Below are positions 49,370 to 62,993 of a stretch of DNA of 64,000 bases, piece by piece. Within the stretch, counting starts at the first letter, position 1. The number at the start of each line of letters is the position of its first letter. Below the pieces are notes generated by a model, which was not told the origin of the DNA, made no database searches, and saw only the letters and a list, made by a program, of their open reading frames with translations. The DNA is taken from assembly GCF_006345805.1 (NCBI RefSeq), contig NC_043000.1, positions 34,286,001 through 34,350,000 of the forward strand, written 5' to 3'. This DNA comes from Octopus sinensis. Its lineage: Eukaryota. A program made the position numbers and the translations under genes.

Positions 49370-49690
49370 GATAAACACAGCTCACTTGTGACGTCGTCCA
49401 AATTCCTATTCACCTGCAACCAGTCTGGGTCAGATCCGAAACATCTTATCAGATCCGTTAGTCTAGCGACCCAGACCGACATGAATTTGTCTGTCAAGGT
49501 ATCGAACTGAAAACAGAACGAAAAATATTTGCGAAAGCCTGCACCTGTGAAGACTTCGTTTTCCTTTTGTATGGTTCTGACTAACTCGATTTTCGAGGTG
49601 TCTGACCACTGGCCAGTTGCCACTGTACATAGAAGCGATCCAGCCTCTGACACCAGCTTCTTTAAAGACAACTACCACATAACAACAGTC
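49370..49690 (-). pseudogene. Decayed L1/Tx1-like RT fragment
   Basis: VFKEAGVRGWIASMYSG..VVR...RSLHRCRLSQIFFVL and LDDVT resemble RGWI..MYSG / RSVRQGCPLSPLLYVL / YADDVT. Confidence 0.5.
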
Positions 49691-49981
49691 AACCTTATTA
49701 AAAGTTTTGACCCAAATTGATCAGAGCTACATAAAAACCAGGTTCGTAATGCATTTTTCTAATTTATATCGCTCGAGGTGGATGTTGTGTAAAGATCTAC
49801 TGTGACGAACACACGCCAACCAGCGCCGCATCACGCTGCCGACAGCAAACACCAAATAATAATTTCTCTTAGTAACAGATATCAATTGTTTTTATGTCAT
49901 TCTTTCATTGTATTTTGTCAGAAAAAAAGTAATAACTGGGATTGTGTGTGTATACGCGTGTGTTTGTATTTATAATTGTAC

Positions 49982-50018
<37 letters not shown>

Positions 50019-50404
50019 GGTATATGAGTAGTGAGGTGTATGACTATCGAAACATTGAAGTTCCGAGTTATGCAATGAGAGTCGACTAAATGGTTGTGAA
50101 TATATTTATGGTACAAGTGTAGCGTAAATGGTTTGATAATAGTCTGGCAAAGCACGCCATTGCTTAGATTCTCTTATATAACAAATCAGATTTGTTCAAC
50201 GGAATCAAAAAGCTATACATTTATACATTCGCTGGAATCCGTTATACAGGCATGTACTCTGTGTATGTGCAGCATATATATATATATATATATATATTAT
50301 ATACACGTATGTATCTCTGTCTGTCTCTCTGTCTCTGTCTCTGTCTCTGTCTGTCTCTCTCTCTCTCTCTCCTCTCCTCCTCTCTCTCTCTCTCTCTCTC
50401 TCTC

Positions 50405-50452
<48 letters not shown>

Positions 50453-50574
50453 CACACCAATAGCGTACCCCATCATGGCTACTGCCTCTGACTGACGCAA
50501 GTAAAAGAAAAATATAATATATACATATATTTTGATATGAGTGTGTATATGTATAATTACATATAACCCAGTAA

Positions 50575-51050
<476 letters not shown>

Positions 51051-51179
51051 TCAGTGTATGTACGTATGTACGTATATATATATATATATAATTTTTTTCA
51101 GAATGAGATAAAAAAACCAAGGCTGAGAAGATTTTAGAACACACACACACACATACACACACACTCACACACACACAAA

Positions 51180-51223
<44 letters not shown>

Positions 51224-53348
51224 TACTCATATGCATACATATATATATAAAGTTATTTGCATAAGGTACTTTTTATGTTTATGCTTCACTTATTTCGAAT
51301 ATTTACTTTTAGAAAACCAACTGGAAAGTTTTTCATATCGTGTCCAGTCTGACACTTGCTGTTTCCACTGTGAACTGTGACCGTTGGTCAGGTCTGTTGC
51401 TGTGTAACGGCAGAGCTGGGTATTATTGACGTCACAAGCCCTACACATATCTGACACCATTGTCCATTCTCAACTACCCCAGTTTCTCTCTCGTTTCCTT
51501 TGTCGATATCAGATCTATTTCTATGTGAGAAAATTATTTATATTCCGTGTATGGATTTGGGGAAATTTGTGGTTGTCTGAATCGCCTGCAAAACAAGCAA
51601 ACAAACGGTTAATGTAATCCGGAATATCAGAAAAGATTGTGTGTGCAGTGAGACAAGATGGTGTTTAATGTTTTAGAAACCATCACCGCTCACCTCATAC
51701 CGGTTTGTTTTATTTACTGGATTCTTAATACCTGATATTTTGTAAATGTTGTGTTGGTGATTATTATGTTAATTCTTAACGTATTCTCATTAAAGATGCG
51801 TATATGTGAATATACGCGTGTGTGATATCACTGTTAGCTATCCAGCAATAATCGTGCGGCGGTAGAGAATATTTTATGAGGTTGTCAAGTATCGTGGGGG
51901 AAGTGAAGTCCATATATTACATTGGTTAGTTCGAGTTGGAGAACGACTGACATGGATGGCTGAAGTAATGTTATGCCAGTTTCAATTTCTAGTGTTGAAC
52001 GTGTTATGAAGGAGAGCTCTTGAGAGTCGTATCGAACACACTGACTGAATCAACACAACCATCGAAACAACATCAGCAACATGAAGATAAATACTGTAGA
52101 CTTATATTTAAAGGAAATAACATGTGTGCAACTGCTTTTGATGTTGTTTAGAATATCAAGTTATAGCTTCGACAAACACATAATTTCCCATTCATACTTC
52201 ATCTTTATTGTTTTCTATCAGCCAGTCAACGTATTTCCTTCTAATTATTCATAAAACTTGCTTATTTTATTCCCCTTCTCTGTCTCTTTCTTTCTCTTTT
52301 TATTTCTTTATGTGTGTGTATGTATGTATGTGTGTGCGCGTGTGTTAGTGTGCCTATGTCTGTATGTAACGCTTTACCTATTTTTTTTATTTTTTCATAT
52401 TACTAAGAATGACCAAGCGTAAATCCAGTTGTGAACCCAGCAAAACATGTTACCAAACAAACCTCGGGCAAAATTTATATTTGCATACATTTGTCATTTC
52501 AGAACAAATTGATATTCACCAAATTAACTGTAAGTAGGCGAAATTTAAAAAAAATTTTTTTTATATAAGACGACTCCAGTATGGCCTGTGATAAAGGTCC
52601 GGTTTACATCTATGCTTTCTCCTTTCCAATCTCTTCAGTCTCGCTCTCTCTGTTTCCGTCTCTGTATGTATGTATTTTGTTTAGTTTTATTTCAGATCTT
52701 CTTGAGAGAGTTCAATCCGGTCGCTCACAAAGTAACAAAACTTTTGAGTTAAGAGAGTTCCCTGTATCTGTAAATATGGAGTCGAGATGGTGTGTTATGA
52801 GAGCTGTCGATGCATCATACATCCAAGTGTGTGCATCTATTCCTCTAAAGAATCTCAAGTGGAGAATCTTTGGAATGTCACACAAATCTTAAAAAAACCT
52901 AGGCATACTAGGCTTTTGTATAAATTTGTAGGTATACAGTCTAATGCACCTATAATGATAGATGCAAATGGGAATTTATAGTCAGAGTACGAGAGAGTTC
53001 CGCTCTAATTCTCCATAAGTGTACTCTTTTTCCTGGACATTTGATTGTACATCCACACCCGATGGGTAGCTGACCTCTACAACAATGCATGTCTGGTGCT
53101 TCTTCTGAAGGATATTTTCTGCACCAAAATGCTTACAGCATATCTTTATTTGTCCAACGGTAATCCCATATATATATATAGAGAGAGAGAGGGGGGGGAG
53201 AGAAAGAGAAAGAGAGAGAGAATAATTCAAATAAGTAAATAAAATCTTGGTTTTTAATATACAAAATATATATACATGTATACGTGCACCCACCAAGGGG
53301 AGGCAGATTCAACATTCTCAGATGATAAATAATCAAGTGTATATATAT

Positions 53349-53386
<38 letters not shown>

Positions 53387-53441
53387 TGTATAATCAAAAT
53401 AAGCAACAAGAATATTCATTTGAAGCTAAATTTTGTTGAAC

Positions 53442-53502
<61 letters not shown>

Positions 53503-53589
53503 GGTGGGTGTGTGTGTGTGTGTGTGTGTGTGTCTGTGTGTGTGTATATGCATATATATACCTTTTATAGAGCAAACTTACTCAGATGA

Positions 53590-54450
53590 CATAGGCACAA
53601 TGAATTAGAGGGGGAGAATGTGTTAAAAGTCCGACAGCTGTTTCTGAGTGCTCGGAATTGCTTGATAGTTTTGGCAGATGTAGTTGATCAAAAATTTACA
53701 TCTGGTAATAGAAGCAAACAAACATTGGTAAACTCCAGAGCCTCCTTCATCAGAGTGGATAAATAAGAGTCTAACGCTTCTGGTCATTGTGCACGGAAAT
53801 TTTATAAATAGAATAGGTATAGTAGGAGGCAGTGAGGTAGTAATGGTAGGAGAAGGTAGGTGGTTGGATGGTCATAGTATGTGAACTGCTGGAGTAAGGG
53901 AAGGGAGGAGAAGTCAGAGACTGATATTAATACGATGGAGGGGTAAATGAACAGGGTACTGAGAGAGTATTAGTAGTAGAAATGGAGGATTGGGAGATAA
54001 ATGAAGCGAGTTGTATGTGGTATTTGAGGATGGTCAATTCTACTGGGTTAAAAATTTAGGATAGTAGTCTATATAATTAAGAGAAGTTAAGATAGTGAGA
54101 GAAGAGGAGAGCGAATGCTAGGTAAGAGTGTCAATAGAAATTCAAATTGGGTGGCGAAGGGGTAATTTCAGGAATAAGTATGGGTCTACGGTGAAGAGTG
54201 AGTAGTTTTGGTTGAAGGAGCAAGGAGATGAGGGAATAGAATTCAAGGAATGAGGATAGGTGAAACTGTAAGGGGAGGGTGTGCAAAGGTAATTTTAAGA
54301 AGGAATATTTAGTAGAAGGTTTATGTTACAAATGGGATCAAATTGTAGCTTAATGTTAATTGTAGTTAAGGTTAATCGTAATTAAGGAGTCACAAAGATG
54401 TCGAGAAATCGTTAAATCATGCGTTGTACCTGTGCTTACACAAAATAATT
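53590..54450 (-). mobile_element. Probable decayed PLE 3' portion with a hammerhead-like motif at 53625-53760
   Basis: Purine-rich plus strand like the large PLE. Minus strand CTGATGA (53753-53747) ... GAAACAGCTGTC (53644-53633). No clean protein motif was recovered. Confidence 0.4.
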
Positions 54451-55783
54451 ACATCTGAGAATCTATTAAGTAATGAGGAATGGTGGTTGCGAAGGGTGGT
54501 GAGCAATTCCTTTAAACACTTCACAAACGCCAATGTAAGGGGGCGGTCACTGACGATGGACCATTTTAGGATTTGAGGTTGTTCATATAAGTTGCTAAAG
54601 AGGTGGATAATTTAGTAGATTAGAGAAAGAGTTCATATGTGCCGCCGATATAAATCATTGCTTGGTGGGAGCATGGTGTATTTACTCGGCATTTATAGAC
54701 TACCTTTTTGCGTAGACAGAAACCTCCAAGGGGGCAAATTTGGGACACTCGGCTGTTGCAGGGTTTTCTCCTGTTCTGGGGGTGGAGTTGATCATTGGGC
54801 AGGTCGGGTTTGTATGCTTAATTAGCTGGAGAGAAGAGCAGGAGGCATTATCAATGCCAGTATTAGATTCCACTGGTGTGTATGGTCGTACGGATATTAT
54901 TATGGGGAGTTGCACAATGATGCGTCTTTACTGATCGTCTGCTCCATTATGGTTAAACAAGTTCATCTGGATAAATATGTAAGCTTCTTGAAGAAATGGC
55001 AGAAAGACATACTTTGAGTGGCAGCACCGTCCCTGAGTTTGTACAGAAGAATCGAAAGTCTGTCATGTTTCAATCAGATTTGAAAGACAATATTTGAAAT
55101 GTTGAATTCTAATAAAAATAAGGTTGTTCTGGTAATGTCGTACTTCTGGTTTATCTTGTTTGTAGGAACAGATTCTTCAGAATCTGAATGCCGCTGTTGA
55201 TGAGTACTTTATCATTAACTGTGATTCGAACTCGCTTGTCTACCTTTGGAGTATGCTTAGTCTATCGTTCTCAGAGATTTGAATCTTACATAATTCTTAC
55301 TTCTTTATCAAAGCAAAAATAACAATACAAAGCAACAAGAATGTAAGAACATATCATTGCTTTGCTCCATTCTGCATATCTGTGTGTATGTATCTATGTA
55401 TGTATATCTACATGTATATGACTGTGTATATATGTAGATGGACATGTATGTACGCACATGTGTGTATATGTTTGCGCCAATGTTGGTTATTGCTATATGT
55501 CAACCTGTGTTCGTGTATGTATGTATGGATGGATAGATGAATGTATATCTACGTATATATATATATGTATTTGTATGTGCGTATTCATGCACATACATAT
55601 TTGTATTGATATAATCACACGTAGATACAGAAATCGTATCCAAGATGCTTTTATTCTGTGAGGACATGCGTATATTTGTAAGCTGGAACGATTAATGCTG
55701 TGTTGGACATGTGTGTGTGTGTGTTAATATATATATATCTATATATATCTCTATATATATATATATCATTCACACATACATAC

Positions 55784-55823
<40 letters not shown>

Positions 55824-55825
55824 TA

Positions 55826-55864
<39 letters not shown>

Positions 55865-56275
55865 TCGCATCTGTCTGACTATTTGGAGAGAATATGTCCA
55901 TATCTATGTGTATGTATGTGTGTAAGTATGCCAATGTGTCTCACATCATTTGGTTTTAGATATAAATTTGAAGATGTATTGGTGAGAAAGTAAGAATATG
56001 TGCGGTTATTATTTTATAGTATTTCTGGTGTGTGTGAGGTGTGTGTGAGTGTGTAGGTGAGTGTATAACAAACATATTATTGTGTTTCCTTCTATGTTCG
56101 GCCTTTCTGTATGACGTATGTTTATTGTGTAGATATGTATGTTAAATAATGCGTGTAGATATGTGCTAGTAAATACGCCAGTGTTAATAACATCCCGGCG
56201 TGTGCATGCGTGTTTATGGGAGTTTGAGAATATGTGTATGAAGGTGATTGATGACTAACAGAAGTTGGCGGCGAT

Positions 56276-56327
<52 letters not shown>

Positions 56328-57182
56328 AGAGGGAGAGAGAGAGAGACAGAGAGACAGAGAGAGAGACAGAGAGAGAGAGAGAGACAGAGAGAGAGGGAGA
56401 GAGAGAGAGAGAAAGAGAGAGAGAGAAAGAGAGAAGCAACTGTAGTGGCTTGGAGGTGATGGCGGATATGGTGTTAAATAGTTATCACTTAACGCCATTG
56501 ATTGTGAAACACAGAATATTTGGACATCTTCCAGAGTAGCCTGGCATTGTGCACGAGGCGAACAAGACTCCAGGACTAAGCAGAGATAGCTCCCAACACA
56601 ACCTTTCTCTTGTAGACAAATACTGTAGTTGAACGTCTTTTGGAAGAGACATTTAAAACTGTACATTTAATATACACGGACACCGACGAAATCTCTTCGT
56701 CACGTGTGGACGATTGCCAATAATTCGATACGAAACTACCATCTCAAAATTTTCGCCAACTTTACTTTAGCTCTGTCTCGTCTCGCTCATCTAACCACAA
56801 TTTCCCTTCCCTTAACATCACTGCTTACCGACATATCGCTCTCATCACTGCCTAACTTCTTCATATTCCAGCACTTTCTGCTTCTTCGATCAGAGCAACA
56901 CGTCTCTATTTCTGTAGTTCTCTTACCTACCTGCAAGCCCTCTTTAATCTACCACCTACCCCACCTCTCTCTCTCACTATATGAATATATATATGTGAGC
57001 GTATGTGTTTATATGCGCGCGCGCGCACACACATATATGGGCTAAAATAAGTAACTCAACTGAGCATAAATTTAGATATTTAGATGTTGATGGTGATATA
57101 TTTAATGATGTATACAAAACAATTGTTAATCAGTTGAAATCATATATATGCACGTACATATGTGTGCGTGTTTATAAGTGTA

Positions 57183-57213
<31 letters not shown>

Positions 57214-57264
57214 CATACATACATACATACATACATACACACATACATACATACATACACACAT

Positions 57265-57316
<52 letters not shown>

Positions 57317-57321
57317 ATATA

Positions 57322-57385
57322 CTAGCAATGCACCCCGGCGTTGCCTGGTCGTTATAACCTACTGCCACATTGTATTATTTGTTCC
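57322..57385 (-). mobile_element. Helitron 3' end fragment
   Basis: Minus strand ccaggcaacgccgggg-tgcattg-CTAG|T abutting a TA tract. Confidence 0.6.
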
Positions 57386-57390
57386 TTTCT

Positions 57391-57608
57391 GGAAGGCGGC
57401 GCGCTGGCAGAATTTTTAGTACAGTGGACGAAATGCATAGCTGTATTTCGTCCGTTGCTATGTTCAAAGTTCAAATTCCGCCAAGGTCGACTTTGCCTTT
57501 CATTCTATCGTCGATAAATTAAATACCAGTGAAACACTGGGGTCGATGTAATCGACTTCTTCCCTCCCCCACATTTCAGGCTTTATGCCCATAGTAAAAA
57601 GGATTATT
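57391..57608 (+). mobile_element. SINE family A
   Basis: aaggcggcgcgctggcagaa head, gttcaaattcc B-box, core. Confidence 0.8.
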
Positions 57609-57714
57609 TGTTCCCTTATGAGCAGAATCAGAACTCGAGGAGTATGAAGCAAACAATTCTTCGATATAAACATGTTTTTCGGTTATTTTCTAATGGACGA
57701 CACTGCAGTTTCCG

Positions 57715-57855
57715 TCTGACAAATTCGGACACAAGTCTGTGGTTGGCCAAGAGCTATAGTAGAAAACACTTGCCCAAGGTACCACGCAGAGGGACTGAAC
57801 TTGGAACCAGGTGGTTGGGAAGAAAACCTCTCAACCACACAGTCATTCTTGCACC
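57715..57855 (-). mobile_element. SINE family D, 5' fragment
   Basis: cagtttccgtct...gctatagtagaaaacacttgcccaaggtaccacgcag.gggactgaac. Confidence 0.7.
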
Positions 57856-58890
57856 TAATATGTCTGTGTGTTTACATTTGTTGTTAAATCCAGTATTGTG
57901 TCCCACTATATCTCATAGTTAGCAGTTCATCAAGCAGAGATCTATAAAATAAACGCCAGACTGAAATATGTACTGAGATCAGTACGATCAATTAAATTTT
58001 TGAAGGTGATGCCCCATCATGGCGACAATCGAAAGACTAAACCCAGTAAAATAATGTTTAAAGACTTAATGGCTGCAAATTTAAGGTAATGGATTACTAA
58101 CCACAAGATAATAAGTTGAAAACTTCGTATTGAACTTCCATTCTATACGATAACAGTATATGTACATCTCAGTCTACTTGACTTCCAACAATTAACATTT
58201 GTGATTTGAAGTTGAATGGTTAGCGGTAAGAAAGATGTCTAGATTTTAAAAAAAAATTATTGTGCAAAACATTTTGAGAAAAGGTTTTTTTCACCACAAC
58301 GAAACACACACATACACAAAGGTGTTTCTGTGATAACTTGAGCTACTACAAACAGCAGCCAAATCTCTCTTAAAACACACCCTTTCATCAACAGAAAGAC
58401 AGATTTACAGTATTTCAGGAAGAAAAAAAGAAAAAAACTATGCGATGGCTCAGCTACATTACAGGCAACACAGAGCTAAACAAAACACAGACACACATAT
58501 TTCACATCAAAAGATTATTTACTAAACAATATTAATAAAATTGATGGTATATCTTCGAAGCTTCATTCCCTGGTAAAACTGCATTATTTTAAACATTTTC
58601 TCATTATGCTCTGTCAGACATAAAAATTGTTGAGGCAGAGTTGTTCCCCTACGGCTTAGCTAAAGACCTCAAAATTATGATACCCGACCTCGGTTTCGAG
58701 GTTATTTTTGTAGTAAAAATGGTTGTAGTGCAAAAACATACTTTACTTGGTAGCCGAAAGATCACTGAATTTTTTGATATCTCATACGTCAAAATCGGCA
58801 ACTCAGTTTTCAAATCCATAAGGAACATACGCACACACACGTACTAATGCACAAACTCTGTTTTACACACACACACATATATATATGTTA

Positions 58891-59097
58891 GAGCGGCGAA
58901 CTGGCAGAATCGTGAGCACGCCGGGCGAAATGCTTAGCGGTATTTCGTCTGCTATTACGTTCTGAGTTCAAATTCCGCCGAGGTCGACTTTGCCTCTCAT
59001 CCCTTCGATGTTACGCATTTGGGTCGATGTAATCAACTCAATCCCTTTGTCTGTCCTTGTTTGTCCCCCCTGTGTTTAGCCCCTGTGGGCAATAAAG

Positions 59098-59101
<4 letters not shown>
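58891..59101 (+). mobile_element. SINE family A with an internal deletion
   Basis: gcggcgaactggcagaatcg...gagttcaaattccgccgaggtcgactttgcc...gtttagcccctgtgggcaataaagaaa. Confidence 0.85.
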
Positions 59102-59150
<49 letters not shown>

Positions 59151-59391
59151 AAAAGCAATTAAGATTCAAGTCAATTCTAATGAATTCACTTGAATGCTGT
59201 ACTTAACTTAGATGCACCAGAAAACTAAATGGTGTTAACCATACAGTAATGTGGGGTGATTATAAACGAGAAAGAAACAACAAGAATGGATTAGTTTTTA
59301 GTTTGGTAGAGTGTTTAATAGATGAGTTTATAGGCGAGAACGTGTTTGTATGCTTCTTTCTCGTATATATATATATATATATATGTATATA

Positions 59392-59958
59392 GCAAATAAG
59401 TAACAAGGATTTCCAGGTATCAGTGCATTAGGTCGTTTCAAGCGGCTCCATTTAATTGATCAATGAAAACATTTACGCTAGACTCTTGGTCTCAGTAAAA
59501 TTAAGGGGTCCGCGGAGGAGGGCGGGTATCTGACATTTAATTAATTCATCACCACCAGCAGGAACTTAACTGTCAACTCTCAATGGGCTTAATTCTTCAG
59601 AATTGGAGACAATTTGTTGCAAACAACCTTAGAAATCTAATAATGATGAATTATCTCTCATTTTCTCATTCTTAACTCCCACTATCCCCTTGTGCTACTT
59701 TCAATCATAATAGGCTGTAGGTATGCATTATTTACTAAATTTCATTGTGCCACGGAAATACTAAAGAGTAACAGTGTAATTATTTTGGTTGCACTAAAAA
59801 GATGGTTTATTCTTTATGTTGGAAATCTATATAGTTGGCTGCGTCCGAGGAGAGCGGCCTATTTCAAGCTGATGTAATGTTTTCATTGATCCATTAAATG
59901 GAGTCTCTTGAAACGGCCGTTTCCACTGATACCTGGAAATCCGTTTTACTTATCTGAT
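59392..59958. repeat. ~570 bp element with ~85 bp imperfect inverted termini
   Basis: aaataagtaacaaggatttccaggtatcagtg...gatcaatgaaaacatt is inverted at aatgttttcattgatc...cactgatacctggaaatcc...tacttat. The right arm has GAAACGGCCGT. Confidence 0.7.
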
Positions 59959-60056
59959 TTTTATTCACCTAACTTTGAGCTGCGTGGACTTTACCGAGCG
60001 GCTTGGTGCCTCAATTTAAGTTCCTAATTCAACTGAATCGCAATTTCTTAACTCGT

Positions 60057-60100
<44 letters not shown>

Positions 60101-60120
60101 TGTATGTATGTATGTATTTA

Positions 60121-60204
<84 letters not shown>

Positions 60205-60248
60205 TGTATATATATATATATATAATATATATAATATATATATATATA

Positions 60249-60406
60249 GGGAGAGTTTACGAAAAAACAAAAGACGAAGACAGGTGGTGTACAAAACAAA
60301 CAGATGTATTAGTATAACGCTCAGGAATAGAAAAAGTCTTTTACGTTTCGAGTCTACGCTCTTCTACAGAAAGGGGCACAGAAAAAACAAGGAGAGAAAC
60401 AAGGAG

Positions 60407-60410
<4 letters not shown>
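60249..60410 (-). mobile_element. Family E short PLE-like element
   Basis: Nearly identical to 2648-2810, with TA tracts on both sides. Confidence 0.78.
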
Positions 60411-60465
<55 letters not shown>

Positions 60466-60624
60466 TACAAACACGTTCTCGCCTATAAACTCATCTATTA
60501 AACACTCTACCAAACTAAATTAAAGAAATATTTTAAAAAATCTTCGAAAGCAAAGAAAAAAGAAAAAAATTATGAAAGAGGAAAATTGCTAAAAATTTCC
60601 CCGAATAGAAAAAAATACTTATAT

Positions 60625-61012
60625 CTTTTACTTATTTCAATCACTATACTGCGGCCATACTGAGGCACCACCTTGATTAATCTTTGTCGAAAGAATCAAC
60701 TGCGATACTTTTTCCCTTCTAAGCTTGGTATTTATTCCACCGGTCTCTTTTGTCGAACCACTAAGTTATAGGGATGTAAACACACCAGCACCGGTTGTGA
60801 AGCGGTGGTAGTGGACTATCACAGACACAAAGACATACACGCACGCACACACATACACATAAGACGGGCTTCTTTCAGTTTCCGTCTACCAAATCCACTC
60901 ACGAGGCTTTGCTTGGCCCGCGGCTATAGAAGGAGACACTTGCAAGATGCCACGCAGTGGGACTGAACCTGGAAGCTTGTGGTTGGGAAGCAAATTTACT
61001 ACACAGCTACAC
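60625..61012 (-). mobile_element. SINE family D
   Basis: Matches 29615-29997 along its length. Confidence 0.82.
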
Positions 61013-61474
61013 CCAAAAAGAAGTAATGTCGATAGTAATCGCCTTCTAACAGTTATGTGCGTCTGTGAGAAATAGCAATGTTCATATTGTTAATATTGTT
61101 GCCGGTTCATGTTGTTGGATTTTGAATCACATTATTCGTTTCTCATTACGTAATAAACACAAGATTTTACAAATATTTTACAAACCAACACATTTTTTGC
61201 TAAGGCCAACACAAAAGTCAGGTTGTTTCTTTGGTCAAGCTTCAGCAGCGATAGTGGTGGTGGTGTGGTGTGTATGTGTGTGTGTGTTGTGTGTGTGTGT
61301 GTGTGTGGATTTAACCAGCCGGGATCCCCAATCTGTCAGTTAATGACCAGTCGGTACAGTATATACATGCATAAATGGTTAAATGATTAAATACAAAAAA
61401 CACACACACATAAGTATATGTATATATATATATACACGTAGATATATACATATATATATATATGTATATATATG

Positions 61475-61506
<32 letters not shown>

Positions 61507-61569
61507 TATGTATACATATATGTATATATATATTTATATTATTTATATATTTATATATATATATATAAA

Positions 61570-62096
61570 TATATTTAATGTACGATAAAATTTTTTCGAA
61601 AAAAAATTCTATCAATGGCCAGCATTTTAAAAAATACCTTTAAAGGTTAAACTTATAAACAACTTATAAATAAGGGCAAAAAAAAAATTTTCAATGCCAA
61701 ATATGCCGAAATTAGACGCATTGTTCATAACCATATAATTTTTTCACAATACGCACGCTACTCAAAAACGGACGACAGAAATTTCTAAAAAATTCCATTA
61801 TTAACATATCGGACCGATTTCAGGATTAGTTCGTAAGAACCCTTCCTTCGTCAGTGATAAACGTGGCAAAGAAATAAATGAGATACTTACTCATACCCTT
61901 AGAAGAAGCAAACACTAAGTTATGAGCACAATTAAGTACCCCAAATACATCCAAAATAGAAATTCTCCAGCCCATTTGAGACACATGCGATTTATAAGTT
62001 GCCCTTATTTATAGTTTAACCTTTAAAGGTGTTTTTTAATATGCTGGCCATTGATAAAACTTTTTTTCGAAAAAATTTTATCCTACATTAAATATA
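61570..62096. mobile_element. MITE with ~110 bp terminal inverted repeats, superfamily unassigned
   Basis: tatatttaatgtacgataaaattttttcgaaaaaa...tggccagcat...cctttaaaggttaaac is inverted at gtttaacctttaaagg...atgctggcca...ttttttcgaaaaaattttatcctacattaaatata. Confidence 0.75.
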
Positions 62097-62149
62097 GATT
62101 TAATAATGTTCACTTCCGGACTCTCTCACTCTGTGAGAGTTTCAGTTCA

Positions 62150-62690
62150 AATCGCACGTGTCTTGAATGGGCTGGATTGCAAAGGAGTAATTCACTTTGA
62201 ATTGTTACCATCTAATGCAACAATCAATGCTCAAGTCTACTGTCAGCAATTGGAGCGTTTGAACCAAGCTTTGAAAAAAAACAGAGCCGCTTTAGTGAAT
62301 CGAAAAGGACTGATGTTTCATCAGGACAATACGTAACCCCACACTGTAAAGATCACATCACAGAAGATCGAAGAGCTTGGTTGGGAAAAAATTCCTCATC
62401 CACCTTATTTTCCCGACCTTACTTCTTCAGACTACCATTTGTTTCGTAGTTTCCAGAATCATTTGGTGGACATAACTTTCGCAAGCCAGGAGGAGGTCGA
62501 AACTTACATTTCAGAGTTCTTCGCTTTGAAACCAAAAGGGTTTAACGCTGATGGTATTAAAAAGCTTGTAAATAGATGGAAGGAAGTCATAGATAATCAG
62601 GGAAAGTACATTGATGATGAAATTTCAATTAAATATAACATTTGATCACTTGTTTTCTTTATTCAAAATTCACAACACATAAATACACTG
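62150..62690 (+). mobile_element. Mariner transposase C-terminal remnant
   Basis: DCKGVIHFELLP..TINA.VYCQQLERL, FHQDN, GWEKIPHPPYFPDLTSSDYHLFRS, GIKKLVNRWKEVIDNQGKYID. Confidence 0.9.
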
Positions 62691-62714
62691 CAACACAATT
62701 TCTTTTCCTTAACA

Positions 62715-62950
62715 GGCCTTGCCCTATTTAACATTGTCCCAAAAGAAATCAAAGAGGAAAAAGATCCCATCATCTTTAAACGGAATCTGGACAAATTTCT
62801 TTAAGGAATACCAGATAAGTCACCTATATCTGGTTGCAATTCACTCAACAAGAACTTCCAACTTGAATGGGCAATGATACCACAAAACTTGACTTAAAAA
62901 GGATTTAGCATCAGGTGGTATTATTAAGTTAGACATGGCCTGGACCAGTC
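62715..62950 (+). pseudogene. 3' end of a CR1/L2-like LINE
   Basis: GLALFNIVPKEIKEEKDPIIFKRNLDKFL*GIPDKSP matches the LFN.LP.EI...FK..LDKFL..IPD.P terminal motif. Confidence 0.55.
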
Positions 62951-62962
62951 TTTGGTCGAAAC

Positions 62963-62993
<31 letters not shown>

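Noticed and set aside
54450-54950. Possible decayed retroelement coding sequence on the minus strand
   Set aside because: Coding-like composition but no identifiable catalytic motif.
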